Assembly: GCA_021155885.1 (NCBI GenBank)
Contig: JAJNBB010000010.1
Coordinates: 1 to 61,897 of the forward strand
From: Fibrobacteria bacterium
GTDB taxonomy: Bacteria; Fibrobacterota; Fibrobacteria; UBA11236
Reading direction: 5' to 3'
Length of the DNA stretch: 61,897 bases
How positions within the stretch are numbered: position 1 is the first letter of the stretch; each line of letters opens with the position of its first letter. The position numbers and the translations under genes are program-made. The notes beneath the pieces are model-generated. The model did no database searches. It had not been told where the DNA came from and worked only from the letters and a program-made list of their open reading frames with translations. Positions 35,611 to 44,477 of the stretch are shown here, in pieces.

Positions 35611-36693
35611 TCAGCGGTTTGCCAGATCCGGCCATGTCATGATTTCCCCGCCCAGGCCTTCCTGGAACGCGCGCACGGAATCCGCCGAGGCAAAAGCCGC
35701 GAGTCCGCCGCCCATGGGACTGGCAACGTTCTCACCGGAGAGGAAGAATGCCTCCTCGGCGGACAGGAAGGGCGTCTCGGGACGGCTCCAGTCCGAAACA
35801 TATACCCGCTCCCCGGCGCGGAGGGGCGCCGTTTTTTCGTCCTGCAGCAGGCATTCGATGGCGTCGTACTTGAGTACCTTGCCGGTCGTGCTCACGCGTT
35901 GCGCGGCGAAGCCTTTCTGAACCAGCGTCATCTTGCAGTAATGGCAGGCGTCTTCGCCCCAAAAGATGGGGGCCGCTTCCTGCCCGCCGCAAGCCAGGAT
36001 CAAGAACGCCGAAGCAAGCACCAAACCGGAACGCTTGCCAGCGGCCGGGCCGCGGGTCAAACGCCGGTCGCGCCATGTCCACAGCACGGCGCCGAAGATC
36101 AGCAGGCCCGCGGCGAGCAGGAACCAACCGCCGGATGCCGGCCACGAAGCGGATTCGAAATTGAGCACGCTACCCGGGCCGATGAGGGGCGGCTGAAAGC
36201 TCGCACCCGGCACCTTGATGGCGGCCTTCGGGTCGAGATTGTGGCCATAGTCGTAGCCCCAATGCCACATGTCGGCAATCCCGACAATCCCGGCAAGCGC
36301 GAAGACCCCCAACAACGATGTGGCGGACCAAAACCTGGGGCGAAAGGCGACGAGCAGGCACAGGACGCCGAGCGCCTGGATCAGCGGGCGCATGAAACCG
36401 AGCTCCGGGATGGAGTCAGGAACGATTTCCCGCATCCCGATGTAATGATTAAGCTGGTTGATAATGGTGAGATCGTGGGGATTCTCGCCGGTGATGGTGT
36501 GCGCCCAGATCAGCATGCCCATGCCCTCGGGATACTGGGGGGCGTCCAGGGTGATGCGCCAGATCGGCAGGAAGGGGGCGGCCAACAAGGCCGCCGCCGC
36601 CAGCACCAGCAATAGGGAGGGTATGCGAATCCTGAGACGCGCGGGCGCTTCTTCCGCCGTCCTTACCGACCGTCTCCCGAGACTCAGCAGCAT
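35611..36693 (-). CDS. nosL: NosB-like polytopic membrane domain fused in frame to a NosL copper-chaperone domain
   Basis: N-terminal ~210 aa are membrane-embedded (PQYPEGMGMLIW...). C-terminal ~150 aa start with a lipoprotein-like signal LVLASAFLILAC, followed by the NosL motif EDACHYCKMTL...KYDAIECLL. Confidence 0.7.
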   Translation of the reverse strand: MLLSLGRRSVRTAEEAPARLRIRIPSLLLVLAAAALLAAPFLPIWRITLDAPQYPEGMGMLIWAHTITGENPHDLTIINQLNHYIGMREIVPDSIPELGFMRPLIQALGVLCLLVAFRPRFWSATSLLGVFALAGIVGIADMWHWGYDYGHNLDPKAAIKVPGASFQPPLIGPGSVLNFESASWPASGGWFLLAAGLLIFGAVLWTWRDRRLTRGPAAGKRSGLVLASAFLILACGGQEAAPIFWGEDACHYCKMTLVQKGFAAQRVSTTGKVLKYDAIECLLQDEKTAPLRAGERVYVSDWSRPETPFLSAEEAFFLSGENVASPMGGGLAAFASADSVRAFQEGLGGEIMTWPDLANR

Positions 36694-36703
36694 ACCACCC
36701 CCC

Positions 36704-38698
36704 TTACTTCTTCTTGCCGGAAGGCTTCACTCCACCCGTAGAGTAGGTGATGGGCACGCGCTCGCCCGGCGGGGAGACCCGCAAGTAGCCCTGCATTTCC
36801 TGATGCAAAGCCGAGCAGAAGTCGGTGCAGTAAAACGGGATGATGCCTGCCCGGTTTGCCACGGTCATAAGGGTCCTTGTTTGGCCCGGCATGATCAAAA
36901 GCTCGGAGGTTTGGGCGCCCATTACCGAGAACCCATGCGGAACGTCCCAGTCCTGCTCAAGGTTGGTTACGTGCCAATAGATCGTGTCCCCCACGTTGAT
37001 CCCCTCGATGTTATCCGGCATAAAATGGCTCCGGATGCTGCTCATGTAAACGTGGATGGTCCGCCCCTTACGCTCGACGCGCGCTTCGTCTTCCTTCTTG
37101 ATGGCATGCGGGTGGTGGTTGTCCGCCAGGGCATACATTTTCAGGCTATTCGGCGCGACCTTCTCCGCGGGAATCGCCTGCGCATAGTGCGGCTCGCCGT
37201 GCGTCGGGAAGTCGAGCAGCATTTTCATCTTCTCGCCGGAAATGTCGATCAACTGGGCCGAATGGGCGAGCTCGGGACCGGTGGGAAGGTATCGATCCTT
37301 AGTGATCTTGTTCAGGGCGATGACGTACTTTCCATACGGCTTGCGCGTGTCGCCTCCGGGTATCATCAAGTGACCGATGCTGTAGTACACGGGAATGCGA
37401 TCCACAATCTCCCAGGTGCCCAGCTTCCACTTCACGATTTCCGAGGAAAGAAACATCGACGTGTAGGCGTTTCCCCTGCCGTCGAACTCGGTGTGAAGGG
37501 GCCCGAGGCCCGGTTGGTCCACGACACCGGCCAGCACGGCCTCGTACTTGAGGACGGGAATTCCCTCGACGTCACCGTCGAACGTCCTGCTCTTGATGGC
37601 CTGGATCATTTTTTTGAACGAGTGGACCGGAATTGAGCTGGAGAGCTTGCCTCCGGCGACGATGTACTCGCCGGTGGGGTCAACATCGACGCCATGGGGA
37701 GATTTCGGGGTGGGAAGGTAAAACACGACATCCGGACAGTCCGCGGGCGCCAACATGGTGACCTTGCGGCGGATTTCGCTCTTCGCGGTCTGGGCGGATT
37801 CGTCCATAAGATTGCTGTAGTGCAAGCCGTCCACCTGTTGGCCCTTGCCCTGGGCGACGCATTCCTCCGCCCGTTTCCAATGGACCGCGGTGACGAAATC
37901 CTTGTCCAGCTGGGACGCGTTCACTTCCTTGAGCGTGTGGGCGCGTTCGGCATTGTAGGTCGAGAAGAAGGACCACTCGCGGGAAGGTCCCTTGCCGGAG
38001 CGCGTCTTGTCGTAGTCGAGGCCGGGAAGCAACAACTGGAAGGCCACCGCCATGCGCCCGGTCTTCTTGTCGACGGAAATGTAGGACAGGGCGCCGCGGA
38101 AGGTCTTTCCGTGCGTCTCGATGGGAACGCTGGCCTGGGGGATGGGCACGGAGAAGCGGGTACCGGCCACAAGGTACTCCGTATTTTCGGTCAGGTAGGG
38201 AGAGCTGTGATTGCCCGCGCTATTTGGAATTTCAATCGTCTCCACCGTTTCGAAGGTGCGCAGATCGATGCGGGCGATGCGCGGCGTATTGTTCCCGTTG
38301 ATAAAGAGCCAGCGGCCGTCCTGCTCGCCATCGGTAAGGGACAACTGGGGGTGATGCGCGTCGTCCCAGGGGATGAAGCCATAACTGGTGTTCATGAGCG
38401 GCTTGGTCTCCTCGGAGTATCCATAACCGTTTTCCGCATTCTGGGAAAACACGGGAATGACGCGCAGCGTGCGGCCGGAAGGCAGGCCGACCACTGAAAC
38501 CTGCCCGCTGAAGCCGCCCGAAAAGAATCCGTACAACTCGTCATGTTTGCCGGGAGCGACGTAAACCCGCTCCGCGGCGTCCTCCGCCAAGCCGGGAACG
38601 TCCTTGCCTTCGCGCTTGTTGCACGCTGTAAAAAGGCCCGCCGTCAGGCTGAGTACGAGAAGCGACATCCGTGCCGCCTTGGGGATCGACCTGCTCAT
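36704..38698 (-). CDS. nosZ: Nitrous-oxide reductase NosZ, clade II (Sec/lipoprotein signal)
   Basis: 664 aa. Signal peptide with lipobox LFTAC and no twin-arginine motif. Seven-bladed propeller His ligands and the C-terminal CuA site FYCTDFCSALHQEMQGY. Confidence 0.92.
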   Translation of the reverse strand: MSRSIPKAARMSLLVLSLTAGLFTACNKREGKDVPGLAEDAAERVYVAPGKHDELYGFFSGGFSGQVSVVGLPSGRTLRVIPVFSQNAENGYGYSEETKPLMNTSYGFIPWDDAHHPQLSLTDGEQDGRWLFINGNNTPRIARIDLRTFETVETIEIPNSAGNHSSPYLTENTEYLVAGTRFSVPIPQASVPIETHGKTFRGALSYISVDKKTGRMAVAFQLLLPGLDYDKTRSGKGPSREWSFFSTYNAERAHTLKEVNASQLDKDFVTAVHWKRAEECVAQGKGQQVDGLHYSNLMDESAQTAKSEIRRKVTMLAPADCPDVVFYLPTPKSPHGVDVDPTGEYIVAGGKLSSSIPVHSFKKMIQAIKSRTFDGDVEGIPVLKYEAVLAGVVDQPGLGPLHTEFDGRGNAYTSMFLSSEIVKWKLGTWEIVDRIPVYYSIGHLMIPGGDTRKPYGKYVIALNKITKDRYLPTGPELAHSAQLIDISGEKMKMLLDFPTHGEPHYAQAIPAEKVAPNSLKMYALADNHHPHAIKKEDEARVERKGRTIHVYMSSIRSHFMPDNIEGINVGDTIYWHVTNLEQDWDVPHGFSVMGAQTSELLIMPGQTRTLMTVANRAGIIPFYCTDFCSALHQEMQGYLRVSPPGERVPITYSTGGVKPSGKKK

Positions 38699-38731
38699 GA
38701 TCTTTTTCTCCTTTTTCCTGGTTGGTTTGTC

Positions 38732-39211
38732 CTACTGTCCGTCAACTTTTCTGAAGTACTCGAGGATCGCGCGGGCCTCCTCCTCGCTTACGCTCACCGA
38801 CATTTGGGTCATGTATTCAGCCAGCAACGCCTTCGCCACCGGATCCTTTTGGGTCATCTCGGTCGGATTCATGACCATGTTCATGATCCATTCCGGGGTG
38901 CGACGCTGGGTGACGCCGGCCAGGCCGGGTCCCACGTACCGCTGATCCAGCTTGTGACAGGCGGCGCAGGTTCCCGAAAAGATTTTTTCGCCCTTGGCCG
39001 CGAGACCCTCATCGAGCGCCCCCAGCGTGACCTTCTTGACCGGGCCGACGCCGCTCGCGCTTGCCGCCTCGGATTGGCCGGACTTTGCCTGGTTGTCTCC
39101 CCCACCCGCCTCGTCGGATTTGCCGCACGCCACGAGGAGGAAAGCCATCGCGAACAGGAAGGCTGCCGCGGCCGCTCTGGGTGATTTTTCGTACACGTTC
39201 CTGGTTTTCAT
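38732..39211 (-). CDS. Lipoprotein c-type monoheme cytochrome (nos-cluster cytochrome c)
   Basis: Lipobox LLVAC and heme motif CAACHKL with a distal Met region (MNMVMNPTEM). Lies directly upstream of nosZ. Confidence 0.8.
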   Translation of the reverse strand: MKTRNVYEKSPRAAAAAFLFAMAFLLVACGKSDEAGGGDNQAKSGQSEAASASGVGPVKKVTLGALDEGLAAKGEKIFSGTCAACHKLDQRYVGPGLAGVTQRRTPEWIMNMVMNPTEMTQKDPVAKALLAEYMTQMSVSVSEEEARAILEYFRKVDGQ

Positions 39212-39231
39212 GCTTCCCCCTTGGTGATGTT

Positions 39232-39257
39232 TTCTATGGACTAATTTATCTATTAAT
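39232..39257. promoter_or_regulatory. Motif site S1: TTCTATGGAC-TAATTT-ATCTATTAAT upstream of the cytochrome c/nosZ operon
   Basis: Lies 21-46 nt upstream of the cytochrome c start. Shares the 11-mer TTTATCTATTA with site S4. Confidence 0.45.
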
Positions 39258-39381
39258 ATGCGTTCGTGTTGGAGTTTATTTTGTTTTTTTTCAGTTTTTA
39301 CAAACTTTTTCCAGAAACCTGGATTCAGGACGTGTAAAGCCCCACCCCTTTCTTCCGGATTCCCGAAGGGGATGCCAATTT

Positions 39382-39407
39382 TTCAATGGATTTATATATC
39401 CAGTGAA
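39382..39407. promoter_or_regulatory. Motif site S2: near-perfect palindrome TTCAATGGAT-TTATAT-ATCCAGTGAA upstream of the Rrf2 gene
   Basis: Ends 25 nt upstream of ATG 39432. 9/10 arm complementarity. Confidence 0.55.
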
Positions 39408-39431
39408 AATGCCTCCCGGGACGCCCCTACC

Positions 39432-39860
39432 ATGCTCTCCCTTTCACTCAAAAAAACTTCCGAATACGCGCTTCGCGCGATGACCGTGCTGGCGCTGGGA
39501 GCCGGCGACAGCGCCAGCAACGCCCGCACCCTTTCGGAAAAAACCGGCGTGCCGATCCCCTACCTGAGCAAGATCATGGCGCGCCTCGTTGAGGCGGGAC
39601 TGGTGTCCAGCGCCAAAGGCCACGGGGGAGGATTCCAATTGGGCCGTTCAGCCCGCCTCATCTCCTATCTCGACATACTCAATGTGATGGGGTACAACTT
39701 CGAGTCGAGGCGGTGCGTGTTCGGGTGGGCGGCCTGCCGCAATGATCGGCCCTGCCCCATGCATCATTCCTGGAGCCAGGCCAACGACAACTTCGTGGCC
39801 TGGGCGCGCGAAACCACCCTCGCCTCGCTGCGTCAGGAATCTTCAGCCTTGCCCCTCTAA
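39432..39860 (+). CDS. Rrf2-family transcriptional regulator (NsrR/IscR-like, putative Fe-S ligands C-x7-C-x5-C-x2-H)
   Basis: N-terminal wHTH (SEYALRAMTVLA...RTLSEKTGVPIPYLSKIMARLVEAGLV) and the Cys cluster RRCVFGWAACRNDRPCPMH. Confidence 0.85.
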   Translation: MLSLSLKKTSEYALRAMTVLALGAGDSASNARTLSEKTGVPIPYLSKIMARLVEAGLVSSAKGHGGGFQLGRSARLISYLDILNVMGYNFESRRCVFGWAACRNDRPCPMHHSWSQANDNFVAWARETTLASLRQESSALPL

Positions 39861-40246
39861 GCCGACGCGTTCGTTTTCAGAGCCAAAAAAAAGCGAAAGA
39901 TGGCGTCGGTTAAATCCTTTGGACGGCCGATCACGCTAAGCTGATGGGGCGCGAACGCATGCGTGATGATGCCCTTTTCCAGCGCCTCTCCGAAAGGCCT
40001 TTTTTAGTCCTGGATCCCGTAGCGGCCTTCGTAGGTGTCGTAATCGCAAGGACGGCCGTCGGTTATCAGCAGGATCGCCTTTTCCCTTCCCGGTTGGCGC
40101 TCCAGCAACCGCGTTGCGTGGCGCAGGACGGGACCCATCCTCGTCAGAGGGCGACCCGTCCGTGCGCATGCGCACCTTGGCTTCGTCCGGTCGGAAAGGC
40201 ATCGCCATGCCTTCCGATTCGGTAAATCGCGACGGAAGGGCCGGTC
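39857..40246 (-). pseudogene. Relic of a NorD/CbbO-like vWA protein gene (C-terminal ~125 codons, one frameshift, one in-frame TAA)
   Basis: Minus-strand translation reads ...TGRPLTRMGPVLRHATRLLERQPGREKAILLITDGRPCDYDTYEGRYGIQD*KRPFGEALEKGIITHAF... There is no N-terminal part, because the radical SAM gene ends at 40247. Confidence 0.45.
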
Positions 40247-41179
40247 CTAGCGGGCCCCATCCCGGGTCCGGGAGCCCTGGCGGGAGCCCCTCCCCTGGAA
40301 TTCAAGGTTCAAGGCGTTTAAAACGCCATTTTTGTCGCGACACCAAGCGGGGGCGACGAGCAAATTCAAGGGCGCGTCCGCCGTGAACCGTTGGACCCCT
40401 ACCGTAGCGGGAATCCGCTCCAAAACATCGGCCAGTCCGGAGACGTACTCGTCGCGGGTCAGGGGAACGTACTTCCCCGACGCGTATTCCGCTTCCAAGC
40501 GCGTCCCCCTCACGACGTGGAGGGGGTGGATCTTGATGGACTGATAGCGCCAACGCTCGAGCGCGAGCGCGGTGGCCCGATAATGCTCCGGGCCTTCGCC
40601 GGGCAGGCCCAGTATCAGGTGAACGCACAAGTCGAATCCCCGGCCGGCGCACAGGTCCATGGTGGCCGCGAACTCGTCGAAGGTATGGGCGCGGTTGATG
40701 CGTCGCAGCGTTTCGTCGAACGCCGATTGCAGCCCGAGCTCGAGGGTCACGAACGCGCCGCGGGACAACTCCTCGAGCAGGTCGATCGTGGCCGGGGTCA
40801 CACAGTCGGGCCGGGTGCCGATCGAGATGCCGACCACGGAAGGCGCCGCGAGCGCCTCCCGATAAAGGGTTTCCAGGCGCTCGATCGGCGCGTAGGTTCC
40901 GGAGAAGGCCTGGAAGTAAGCGATGAAGCGGTCCGCCCCGATATGATCGCGCATGAAGGCGGAACCTTCCGCGAGCTGGCGGGACACCGGTACGGTCCGG
41001 CTTCCCGCTACCGGCGAGAAACTGCGGTTGTCGCAGTAGGTGCATCCCCCGCGGGCCTTGGTGCCGTCGAGATTGGGGCAGGTGAAGCCGCCATGGAGCG
41101 GTACTTTGCGGACGCGCAGGTTGGCGAAGCCTCTTTCGGCCAGCAGACGCGCATACGGCTTGTGGTACGCTGCCCTCAC
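40247..41179 (-). CDS. TIGR01212-family radical SAM protein
   Basis: GGFTCPNLDGTKARGGCTYCDN cluster motif and the overall 310-aa architecture. Confidence 0.85.
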   Translation of the reverse strand: MRAAYHKPYARLLAERGFANLRVRKVPLHGGFTCPNLDGTKARGGCTYCDNRSFSPVAGSRTVPVSRQLAEGSAFMRDHIGADRFIAYFQAFSGTYAPIERLETLYREALAAPSVVGISIGTRPDCVTPATIDLLEELSRGAFVTLELGLQSAFDETLRRINRAHTFDEFAATMDLCAGRGFDLCVHLILGLPGEGPEHYRATALALERWRYQSIKIHPLHVVRGTRLEAEYASGKYVPLTRDEYVSGLADVLERIPATVGVQRFTADAPLNLLVAPAWCRDKNGVLNALNLEFQGRGSRQGSRTRDGAR

Positions 41180-41189
41180 GCGGCGTCGT

Positions 41190-42374
41190 TCATTTCCGGC
41201 CGCCCGGGAACCGGAACAGCATCGGGCCGAAGCGGCGCGCCCACAACGCCATCCCGCACAGCGCGAATGCCGAGGCCAGCGCGAGATGGAAGCTCCGCGC
41301 GCCCGTCCAGATCTCCGTGGAGACGCGCGTGGCGGCGGCGAGAGCCACGAGACCGCCGAACGCCAGCACCGTCTTGCGGGAGGACCCCAGCAGATCGACC
41401 CGTCCGCCGTGGGCGGCGATTACGCGCGAGGCTACGGACAGGGTCAGCCACAGCACGCCGGTGATAAAGACGATATGCTCCCAGGCCAGCAGGTAACGGG
41501 GTAGGAACACCGGCATCAGCATGCCCAATCCCATCAGCCAAAGCGCCCAGCGGGCCGCCGCGAGATAGGCAGGAAGGCCGCCGGGCACGCGGTGCAATCG
41601 AATTTGCGTGAACAGGAACCAGAGCCACACCGCGGCGCGCAGGCCGGAACCCAGCCGGACGGAAAGGGGGTAAACGGACACGTAAGCCTCCAGGCCGAAA
41701 CCCGCCAGAAAGAGCGCGGCCGCCGCGAGCAGCCCCCGCGTCCTGGTACCGTCCGACTTGAGCCGCTGCGGGTCGATGATTTCATTCGCGAACAATTTGG
41801 GCAACAGAAAGCCGCCGACCCCAAGGACCAGCATCAGCGGAAAGGCCTGGAATTGCAGCAAGGCACCCAGGCGGAAGGTCGGTCCCGAGACGTACCCCGC
41901 GAGACTCGCGAGGCGCAGCAAAGTCCCCGTCGTGTCGGCCAGCAGGGCGGCCGCGATGAACACGAAGAACGACGGCGGGTTTCCGCGCCTCTGGGGCCAT
42001 CGCCTCAGCATGAACACGGCGAAGTTCGCCAGGAGCGCCAGATGCATCCACTGCGCGACGAGGGGCGCGTTCGCCAGCGCCGCGGTCATCATCGCGAGCA
42101 AGCCGGCGGGAAACAACAGGAATTGCACGGGGCCCAGCGGGGCGACGCCATGCACCTTCGGCAACATGGTCCCCAAAAACCCGAAGACGAAGCACGACAA
42201 AAAGCCTTGTATTTGAAGGGTGGCGTGACTTTGGCCGGGGTAGGCGAAGGATTCAGGCCAAAAGAAGTGCGGAATCCATACTCCCAGCCCCACGGCGGCC
42301 CCCAGGAGCCCGAGGGGAAACAACACGCGATAGGGTTCCGCGCAGGCGGCCTTGAGCATCCACGGGTTACGCAT
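41190..42374 (-). CDS. nnrS: NnrS family membrane protein (NO-response heme-copper protein)
   Basis: 394 aa with ~12 TM segments and the N-terminal EPYRVLFPLG motif. Confidence 0.8.
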   Translation of the reverse strand: MRNPWMLKAACAEPYRVLFPLGLLGAAVGLGVWIPHFFWPESFAYPGQSHATLQIQGFLSCFVFGFLGTMLPKVHGVAPLGPVQFLLFPAGLLAMMTAALANAPLVAQWMHLALLANFAVFMLRRWPQRRGNPPSFFVFIAAALLADTTGTLLRLASLAGYVSGPTFRLGALLQFQAFPLMLVLGVGGFLLPKLFANEIIDPQRLKSDGTRTRGLLAAAALFLAGFGLEAYVSVYPLSVRLGSGLRAAVWLWFLFTQIRLHRVPGGLPAYLAAARWALWLMGLGMLMPVFLPRYLLAWEHIVFITGVLWLTLSVASRVIAAHGGRVDLLGSSRKTVLAFGGLVALAAATRVSTEIWTGARSFHLALASAFALCGMALWARRFGPMLFRFPGGRK

Positions 42375-42485
42375 AGCTTGTCCTTCCAGACGACCCTTCC
42401 CGGGAGCGGCGCAGACCCTGCGAGGCTCGGCGAATCGTCCCGGGAGAAAGCTTAAAACCTTCTCTCAATATCTGTCTACCTTTTT

Positions 42486-42495
42486 ATCCATTGAA
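42486..42495. promoter_or_regulatory. Motif site S3: ATCCATTGAA (exact complement of TTCAATGGAT) inside palindrome CCATTGAATGG
   Basis: Lies 112 nt upstream of the nnrS start on the minus strand. Confidence 0.4.
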
Positions 42496-42789
42496 TGGGC
42501 GCGGCGGAACGGCAAACGCCTCCTTTTCGCCGATTTCGGCCATTGATCCAGGCGCAAGGTGAAGGTTTCGAACTTCCGTCGTTCCCGACAAGGTGGACGC
42601 GGGTCCTCCCCGGCACATGCCAAGCGTCGTCGGGCAAATCGCGTTTCCAGCGACAAACGTTCAGTCGTTTCAGCGGAATTCACCCGTGGCCGCGCCGGGC
42701 CTTCCCCGCCTCCGGCCAGGCCTGAGAGACCTCGATTTCGAGCGAAACTTCAAGATCCACCGTGACACCTCCCTAAAAGCGCCCACAGG

Positions 42790-42815
42790 TTTCAATGGAT
42801 GTTTTTATCTATTAT
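42790..42815. promoter_or_regulatory. Motif site S4: TTCAATGGAT-GTTTTT-ATCTATTATA upstream of the RIC gene
   Basis: Lies 58-83 nt upstream of ATG 42873. The left arm is identical to that of site S2. Confidence 0.5.
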
Positions 42816-42872
42816 ATGTACTCGCGTCGAAACATGCCCACAATCGCCTTCGAGCGGAAAAGGACGGATACA

Positions 42873-43589
42873 ATGAGCACCTTTCAAGTCACGGACACCA
42901 TAGCGCGCATTCTGAAGGTCTGTCCGGAGACTTCGCGCGTTTTTGAAAAAGCGGGGATGGACTATTGCTGCGGCGGCGGGGTATCGCTGGAAGCGGCGTG
43001 CAAGGAAAGAAGACTCGACACCGCCGCCCTATTGACCGAACTGGAAGCGTGCGCGGGAATCGAGCACGCTTCGGAGGACGTCTCGACTCTATCCCTTGCC
43101 GGGCTCGCCGACCACATCGAAAGCACCCACCACGCCTACCTCAGGGCCGAGCTCCCCAGGCTCCTCGCCATGACGGAGAAGGTGGCGATGGTGCACGGCG
43201 GCAAGGAATCCCGCCTCCTGCGGGTGCACGACACTTTTACGTTGCTGGCTCGCGAGCTTTCGGAACATCTGGACAAGGAGGAACAAATCCTGTTCCCCAT
43301 GGTGCGCCAGCTTGACGGTGGCGCCGAGGCCTCCGCCTTCCACTGCGGTAGCGTCGCGAATCCCGTCGCGCAAATGGAGAGGGAGCACGACGAGGCGGAG
43401 TCGTCCATCAGCGAGTTGCGCGCGCTCACCGACGGGTACGTGCCGCCGAAATGGGCGTGCGGAACCTACAGGGCAATGCTCTCCGGGCTTGCGCGGTTTG
43501 AGGGAGACCTGCTGATTCATATCTACAAGGAAAGCACTTTGCTCTTCCCCCGCGCGGTTTTCAGGGAACAGGCGTTGTCCGCGCGCTGA
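42873..43589 (+). CDS. ric: Iron-sulfur cluster repair di-iron protein (RIC; YtfE/ScdA family)
   Basis: ScdA_N motif GMDYCCGGG plus hemerythrin-like His/Glu motifs (HHAYLR..., EEQILFP, EHDE). Start at MSTFQV, with AAGGA upstream. Confidence 0.85.
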   Translation: MSTFQVTDTIARILKVCPETSRVFEKAGMDYCCGGGVSLEAACKERRLDTAALLTELEACAGIEHASEDVSTLSLAGLADHIESTHHAYLRAELPRLLAMTEKVAMVHGGKESRLLRVHDTFTLLARELSEHLDKEEQILFPMVRQLDGGAEASAFHCGSVANPVAQMEREHDEAESSISELRALTDGYVPPKWACGTYRAMLSGLARFEGDLLIHIYKESTLLFPRAVFREQALSAR

Positions 43590-44039
43590 GCGAAGGGTAA
43601 GGGCGGCTTCGGCACCGATGACCGAGGACCATTCCTGTTGTCCCGGTGGAGAATCCAAGGCCGTCCAATCCGAAACTCCCGTGCCCAAGATGCCCAAGGT
43701 CCCCGGTCAAGTTGCGGCATGGAGATGAAAAGCCATCGCTCGGTGTGCTGTCAGGAGGCAAGTCCCCCGTTGAGGCGACTTCCACTTCCAATTTTTCTTT
43801 CGCGAAAATCGTTCTCATTACCCTTGCATTATCGGACTTCCGGGCAGAAAACCTTTCCGCACTTCATCCGAAATCGTTCGCTCTCTCCGCTTCATCCGGG
43901 CCCCCGCGCTATTTGTCTTTGCGGCGCATTCTGATTTAGGCCTCCGCGCGGTTTCGCCGCCACCCCCTTTCCATTTTCGCTTGCCGAATCACGTCTGAGT
44001 CTTTATAAGGCCGGCACCTTGGTTCGGTAGTCCCGCCGC

Positions 44040-44477
44040 ATGTACCTGAACACCCGGAGCCCGGCCCGCACGCCCCTGGTCCTCTGCGCCGTCCCCTTTT
44101 CCCGGGTGGGAGCGATATGGATGCTCTACGTCCTGGATTTTAACATGAGCGTGGCGGTATGGGTCGGGCTGATCGCCCTCGCCGGGCTCGATGCGGAAAC
44201 GGGAACGATCATGCTTCTCTACCTGGATCGCGCGGTCGATAGATTCATAGCCGAAGGAAGGCTCCGAAATCCCGAGGACCTTAAGGAAGCCATTCGCCAT
44301 GGAGCCGTGCAGCGCGTGCGGCCCAAGATCATGACGGCAGCCGTCATTCTCGCGGGACTGATCCCGATCCTCTGGAGTCATGGAGCGGGATCGGATGTGA
44401 TGAAGCGTATCGCGGCGCCCATGGAAAAAATGCAGCGGCCTGGTCGTTCGCCGGCACAGCGAACAGGACCTCTTTAA
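44040..44477 (+). pseudogene. C-terminal fragment of a CusA/CzcA-type heavy-metal RND efflux pump
   Basis: YLNTRS...PFSRVGAIWMLYVLDFNMSVAVWVGLIALAGLDAETGTIMLLYL...VRPKIMTAAVILAGLIPILW matches TM10-12 of CusA-like pumps. The ~880 upstream codons are absent and the last ~17 codons diverge. Confidence 0.65.

Noticed and set aside
43590-44039. 450-bp gap between the RIC gene and the CusA fragment, containing several 65-98-aa ORFs on both strands.
   Set aside because: None has an RBS, a recognisable motif or coding-like composition. I treat it as non-coding scar DNA.
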